NCBI GenBank assembly: GCA_002269645.1
Contig: NIVC01003107.1
Location: 55,045 to 119,044 of the forward strand
Direction: 5' to 3'
From: Macrostomum lignano
Lineage: Eukaryota
Length of the DNA stretch: 64,000 nucleotides
The position numbers and the translations under genes are program-made. Below are positions 58,901 to 64,000 of this stretch, in pieces. Numbering within the stretch: the first letter of the stretch is position 1; each line of letters begins with the position of its first letter. The notes below the pieces were generated by a model, which had not been told where the DNA came from, searched no databases, and was given only the letters and a program-made list of their open reading frames with translations.

Positions 58901-61900
58901 TCAATTGGCAAAAACTCATTTTTGGAAAAATTTGGACATTTTTCTAAGCAAAAGACATCATTAACTTTGTGTACCTTTTAAAAACAAATAGAAAGCTTTG
59001 GGAGGTTGCAACAAACTATAGATAAAATTATAGTACTTGATGTAACCACGCTCTGGTCGCGGGATAGGGCATGGGAACTTTTTCGAAAGTGCCTCCTATC
59101 CCGTGCACCCTCTGCATAGAGCTGTCGAGACTCGGCCAGGTCTCCGCCCGGGCCTGGAGACTCCCGCTCTGCTGCACCCCTCCTGCTGCCTTGGTCCTGT
59201 CTCTCCTGCCGCCACACCTGCCTTTCCGGAGCCCCTACCCCTTTCTGTACCTCCCCCTCTACCCTATCTCTTCTGTTCCCGCCCTATTCTTCCTGTACTT
59301 TCTCTACCTCCTCCTTTTTTTGTCTCCCTCTGCACTCTTTTCCTGCGCTGTCCCCTCTTTCCCTGTGTCTACTTACAGTACTTTGTGTGCTCACCGTCTC
59401 CCCATCCCCTCTCAAACTCCCAAACGGTGACGCAAGTCGTGTGACCCCTTCTCCCCTCGGTGACTCATCGATGACTCATCCCCCTCTCTTGCGCAACCTT
59501 TTCTCACGCTATTGTTCTCCTTCCCAAATTTCTCATGTGACACCCACCCCCCTCCGCTTCTATTGTTCTCGTTTTTGCTTCTTTTGTTCTCTCGACCCCC
59601 ACCAATTATCACATTTTCTCCGGTTTTCTCTTTCTTTTGTTCTCGTTTTCGCACCTAATTATCACCTTTTCTCCAATGTTTACTTTTCCATTGTTCTCAG
59701 TTTTCCCCAATTATCCCCGATTTCCAATTCCTTTGTTCTCGACCCCAGCCCTATTGTTCTCAATGTTTGCTTGCGCAACACTTTTGCGACCACCCGCTGC
59801 GCCAATTATCCCCCCACCCCACCTCCGGATTGCGCAATTTCCCGATTTCTCATGTTGCTATGCCGGTCTCATGCTTCTCATCATGACTCATTCTGACGTC
59901 ATTCTGCCGGCAGCCAATCAGAGAGAGGGAGCCATGGTAACGACCTTGAGGAGGCGGCTGTGAGGTCTATAAAAGGAAGCGATTTCGGCATGAGAATACT
60001 CAACTGAGTTTATCTCTGTTCCTCTCCTCGTCCTTCTTTGGACTTGCTGTCAGATTGAGTTCTGACCCATTCGTCTATAAGACGAATCCCTGCCGGCCGC
60101 GCGTCTGTTACCGCCAAGTTATCCTTAGCTCCCCAAGTGAGCTCGCCTATCGGCCAGCGGTCTGATACCGCCCCGCATCATCAGCATCGCCTGATCTACA
60201 TCAGCGCCTCGTCGCTCCAGCGCATCGCCGCTTCACCGTCTGCCTGACTGCAGCCTACAGCCGCCCTCGGTCACTCCGCCTCTCTCTCTCTCTGTGCAGC
60301 TGCCGGTAAGTTCCTACTACTAATTTGTGCTCTAATTGCCTTTGCTTATCCGGGGTTTGCCTATTTCCCATTGTCTGATTAGAGAGCTGAGCCAATTGTG
60401 ATACCGTAACTTTTTGCTGTATTTTACTCAATAGTGAAGCCGCCTAATTGCCTAATTATTCGCCTAAAGGCCTAATTACTAACTACTAACTAACTTCATC
60501 ATTATTCAATCTTTCACTATCATTTAACTCATGGCTTGCTAAGCCTTTCTCCCGGGGTGGCAAAGCATAAGGAAGTTTGGGTAAGCTAATGGCCTCTCCC
60601 CGTGCAAAGCCCGCCTGTGAGTGCGTGCTGCGGGGCGCGTGTGCGTGCAGTGGAGGGTAATTAGCGAGTCTTGGCACAGAATGGCAGTAGGAAGGTTGCA
60701 ACCCCATGCTGACGCGTCCCTTCGCCCTGAGCAATCTAAACTGTAGACAGTACATGTTCGCCTCATACTACTCTTAGTAATCAAAGTCGCAAGTCAGCCT
60801 CGCTCACAGCCACAAAGGATCCCCTGCTGAGAAATCCTCCAGGATTGAGCCCAGAGTTCCCGATCATGCCCCAAGCAGAGTCCCTGTACTCGGCTGCATG
60901 CGTCTCCCCTGTTAGCCTAAATCCCCTGGTAACCAATCCAGGCGGGGCTCTAGCCTCGAGAGGTCTGGTAGAAAGATCCAGGTGCGCCAGGTCACATAGA
61001 GTGGTGGCAGCCACTCGGTCATACTATGACCGAGTGACCAACTATTGCACCTTGGCTACAGGTGGGGTCCATGTGGGTCCTTGGCCCTCTGGTCACGAAG
61101 CGCTACCAAAGCTACTAATCATGTGGGCGGGACAGTCTGGTGCTGGAGGTCCGTCAGGTCATTGCCCGGTCATAGGCAGCCTACGGTCATTGCCCCCTCT
61201 AGTCATGCGTTCGTCTCTCTACGGAGCGGACAGGCGACAAGGGCGGTTACATCATACTTTCATAATCAGATAAAAACATTAGCGACTATATAATCTATTA
61301 TATTTTTAATATATTGATACCTCAAAGTTACTGAATTGACAGAAAAAATGTTACGACCATAAGGCTGCCTTTTCTTTTGTATCTTTGTTGCCTTTGTGAG
61401 TTTATATATTCTAATAAAAGAATATGATTTCTAAAGTTGTTCTTAGTCAAATTTAAAAAATGTATTGCAAAATATCAAAAATGAAAAATGCTATAAGACT
61501 TTTATCTTTTAGTTTCTGTGTCAAAAATCTGTTGTTACAACCATAAGTGCCATTCAAGGTTTAATAGCATTTATACTAATGATGATATCTATATGAAACT
61601 ATATAAATATATTCTTAACAAAATAATCCTTTATTCAAAATATTGGTTTAGTATATTCTATTACTAGATTTCATTTTATTACAACTTACAATATATTGTG
61701 TTTTTTGTATATATCAAGCATTTTTTTAAATTAGGATTGGGATTTAGGACTGGCACAACCTAGTGCACTTGTGCATTTTGCCTGGCATACCTGGTGCACA
61801 CCTAAAAAAATTCAGGTGGTTTCCGGCTCACACATAGCATGATCCTGACTATGGGATATAGGTTTGTCTAATAGCAGATGGCTATATCTAAAGCCTTGGT

Positions 61901-63264
61901 TGTGACTAATAAATAGAGATTTAAAAAGACTTGTCACTGAATTTGCTTGAATTGTTGCCAAATTTCCATGCATCTTGACTGCAGGCTCATTCCATATAAG
62001 ATGGACATATTTGGAAAATAGAAAAAGTCAATATTTTTGCTTGCCATTGCCTAATTAGCCTATTTTTTTACCAAATGTTTATATTGTGCAATATATACAA
62101 TCTAAGAATAAAGGAATGGTAAAATGTTGGATTAGTATGTTATCAATTGGCAAAAAGTCATTTTTGTAAAAAATTGGACATTTTTCGAAGCAAAAGACAT
62201 CATTAAGATTTTGTACCTTTTAAAAACAAATAGAAAGCTTTTGAAGGTTGAAACAAACTATAGATAAAAGTATAGTACTTGCATCATCAGATAAAAGCAT
62301 TATTGACCAAATAATCTATTATATTTTTAATGTATTAGTACCTCAAAGTTACTGAATTGACAGAAAAAATATGTTACGACCATAATGTTACAACCATAAG
62401 GCTGCCTTTTCTTTTGTATCTTTGTTGCCTTTTGAGTTTATATATTCTAATAAAAGAGTATGATTTCTAAAGATGTTCTTAGTCAAATTTTAAAAATGTA
62501 TTGCAAAATATCAAAAATGAAAAATGTTATAAGACTTTTACCTTTTAGTTTCTATATGTCAAAAATCCTGTCGTTACGACCATAAGTGTCATTTAAGGTT
62601 TAATAGCATCTATACTAATGATGATATCTATATGAAACTCTATAAATATATTCTAGACAAAATAATCTTTCATTTAAAATATTGGTTTAGTATATTCTAT
62701 TATTAGATTTCATTTTATAAGTAAAAATAACCTGTCATGTTACGACCATGCTTATATGGAATGAGCCTGCAGCATTGAAATAATAATATTCAATTGAACA
62801 TATAGGCTACATTTGTAAAGATATTAGCCAAATCTAATGTACACTTTCTGTCATTCTATAAATGACTATAAAGATTGTCAGTCATTTTTATTAGGCCTCA
62901 TATAACAAAAGCCTCAAACCTTCATATGGACAATTGTAGGCAATCGCACAATGAAAGAATGCCATACAACCAAAGTAAATTTGATAGGTTGTATAGAGAT
63001 GATGGAGATAAAAGTAAAAATGACACACTGTAGATAAATGATAGACCTTATTTTATACTATCAATAGCATAGGCCATAAATAATAGAGGTAAATTCTGAA
63101 AAAGGAACCCCAACTCTGGGCCCTATGGAGTCCAGAAAATGAAATGGGGACACCTTAACTCCATATTAACTCACCAGCTCTGCTTCCTTTGCTTCTTTTT
63201 CATTAGCTTTTCCATTCGCTTTCGCATTCTCTTGCTTCTCCGTTTTTTCGACTTTTTCGGACAT
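46991..63264 (-). CDS. PSMD2: 26S proteasome regulatory subunit Rpn1/PSMD2; exons 63264-63175, 55241-55185, 54900-54241, 51814-51452, 50907-50629, 50033-49146, 48893-48483, 47197-46991 (984 aa)
   Basis: [21 protein letters not shown]; [11 protein letters not shown]; HEYVRHL; [10 protein letters not shown]; [20 protein letters not shown]; [14 protein letters not shown]; LWDVDGGL; GNVLKVQ; AGTNNARLA; [31 protein letters not shown]. All introns are phase 0 GT-AG. Confidence 0.96.
47352..48112. repeat. 76-bp minisatellite, about 10 copies, in PSMD2 intron 7
   Basis: 76-bp period measured (47352, 47428, 47504). Confidence 0.95.
50135..50615. repeat. Degenerate ~19-bp repeat (ATGGTTGCTATGGGATAG) in PSMD2 intron 5
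   Basis: Recurring unit with a higher-order duplication. Confidence 0.85.
51140..51399 (+). mobile_element. tRNA-derived SINE with a CORE (MIR-like) domain and (ATT)n tail, in PSMD2 intron 4
   Basis: A-box TAGCCTAGTGG; B-box GGTTCGATCCC; core GTGTCCTTGTGCAAGACACTTAACTCTG..TTCAGTTCACCCAGCTGTGAAATGGG; tail ATTATTATTAT. Confidence 0.75.
52020..54170. repeat. 46/48-bp minisatellite (GGAAACCAGATTAATGCTACTATACTACACTAGACTGGTTGCTATT)n in PSMD2 intron 3
   Basis: Tandem units visible directly. Confidence 0.96.
56683..56726 (+). ncRNA. Spliced-leader (SL) exon-like sequence (SL RNA pseudogene, variant, or retroposed SL)
   Basis: GTCGCTTACTGCGAAGACTCAATTTATTGAATG differs at 2 of 33 positions from the Macrostomum lignano SL as I recall it (..GTCTCTTACTGCGAAGACTCAATTTATTGCATG). 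It is not followed by a GT donor. Confidence 0.6.
58743..61680. mobile_element. MITE copy 1 (3'-truncated), split by a solo LTR: 58743-59037 plus 61259-~61680
   Basis: Collinear with copy 2 (61984-62767) on both sides of the insertion. Confidence 0.8.
59038..61254 (+). mobile_element. 2217-bp solo LTR (Gypsy-like) with a 4-bp TSD (TACT)
   Basis: Termini TGATGTAACC...GGTTACATCA form a 10-bp inverted repeat. TACT at 59034-59037 and 61255-61258. Internal CCAAT (~59915) and TATAAAA (~59968). The empty site can be reconstructed from MITE copy 2. Confidence 0.82.
61984..62767. mobile_element. MITE copy 2, 784 bp, AT-rich, with 17-bp perfect TIRs GGCTCATTCCATATAAG
   Basis: TIRs at 61984-62000 and 62751-62767; flanked by TGCA on both sides; repeated internal TGTTACGACCAT motifs. 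Confidence 0.85.
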
Positions 63265-64000
63265 TCTCTAAAATTTACTAAGAATTAGAGCGTGATATTT
63301 CAATTGCACTTATTATTTAATACTTAATGCTAATCAATTTCGAATTTTAATCTAAAAAACTGATGCAGATGATGACGTATACGAATTCAGTAAGAGGATC
63401 TGCCCGCCACATGTTGAACGATAGTTTCATAGAATCGAATAAAATCTCTCCTGTCATGTAACTTATAACAAATAGTAGTTCTAGTTATTCTATAAAAAAA
63501 TTAAAACACACTATTTTCACTTATCAGTTAAAATAGGCCGTCTGTTCAATATATGAATTAATTTTAAGAATTAATAATCTGAGGTTACGCCATTCCAGCG
63601 TTGCATATTGAAATTTTAATGCGGGTCTTCGATGGACTGTTCAGTTCAAGAAGCCTATCAAGTAACTTAAAATTAGAAAACTATCTTTCATACAGGAACG
63701 GAAAGCATAAAATTTTATATTTGTTGATTTGATATTTTTTTTTCTTCCACAAAGTGCTACTTCTACCGTAGTTGCTTGGATAAATGTGAATGCTCATGTG
63801 ATATTTGTTGATAATCTTTGCAATTGCATGTGTTTGCTGGGCCGAGATACATTCATGTCGAAGCAGAATTGTTCGCCATACAATCCGAAAATAAATAATT
63901 AAAGGCTTTTAGGAGTTAGGACTCCTAAACCTAAAAAAGTTTTAAGTTAAAAAAGTTGTTTAGTTAAAATGCAAACATGTACTGTAACTTTACATATATA

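Noticed and set aside
59071-61293. Short ORFs within the solo LTR as a coding cassette
   Set aside because: Low-complexity pyrimidine-rich translations with no gag, pol or env motifs

Overview
Eukaryotic (metazoan) genomic DNA with GT-AG spliced genes, most likely a Macrostomum-type flatworm. That assignment is an inference from the minisatellite-stuffed introns and a near-copy of the Macrostomum spliced leader as I recall it. Plus strand: an unidentified terminal exon, NDUFB10, RAB29-like, BCAS2/SPF27, a chimeric gene joining a DNAJC21-type J-domain to a C19orf12/Nazo-like domain, DNAJC21 (one frameshift), and a somatomedin-B-like/class-B-like 7TM receptor. The receptor appears to have a ~15 kb intron containing the whole antisense puromycin-sensitive aminopeptidase gene (NPEPPS, 7 exons). 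NPEPPS intron 1 in turn holds a 3'-truncated Ty3/Gypsy element with LTR, iMet PBS, gag, a -1 frameshift signal with pseudoknot, and pol. Minus strand also: MRPL9 and PSMD2/Rpn1 (8 exons). The AT-rich 7.9 kb PSMD2 intron 1 holds a spliced-leader-like sequence, two MITE copies and a 2.2 kb solo LTR. Most introns and intergenic gaps carry their own minisatellite, and most long ORFs in the supplied track are artefacts of these repeats. Gene identities come from remembered family motifs, not database searches.
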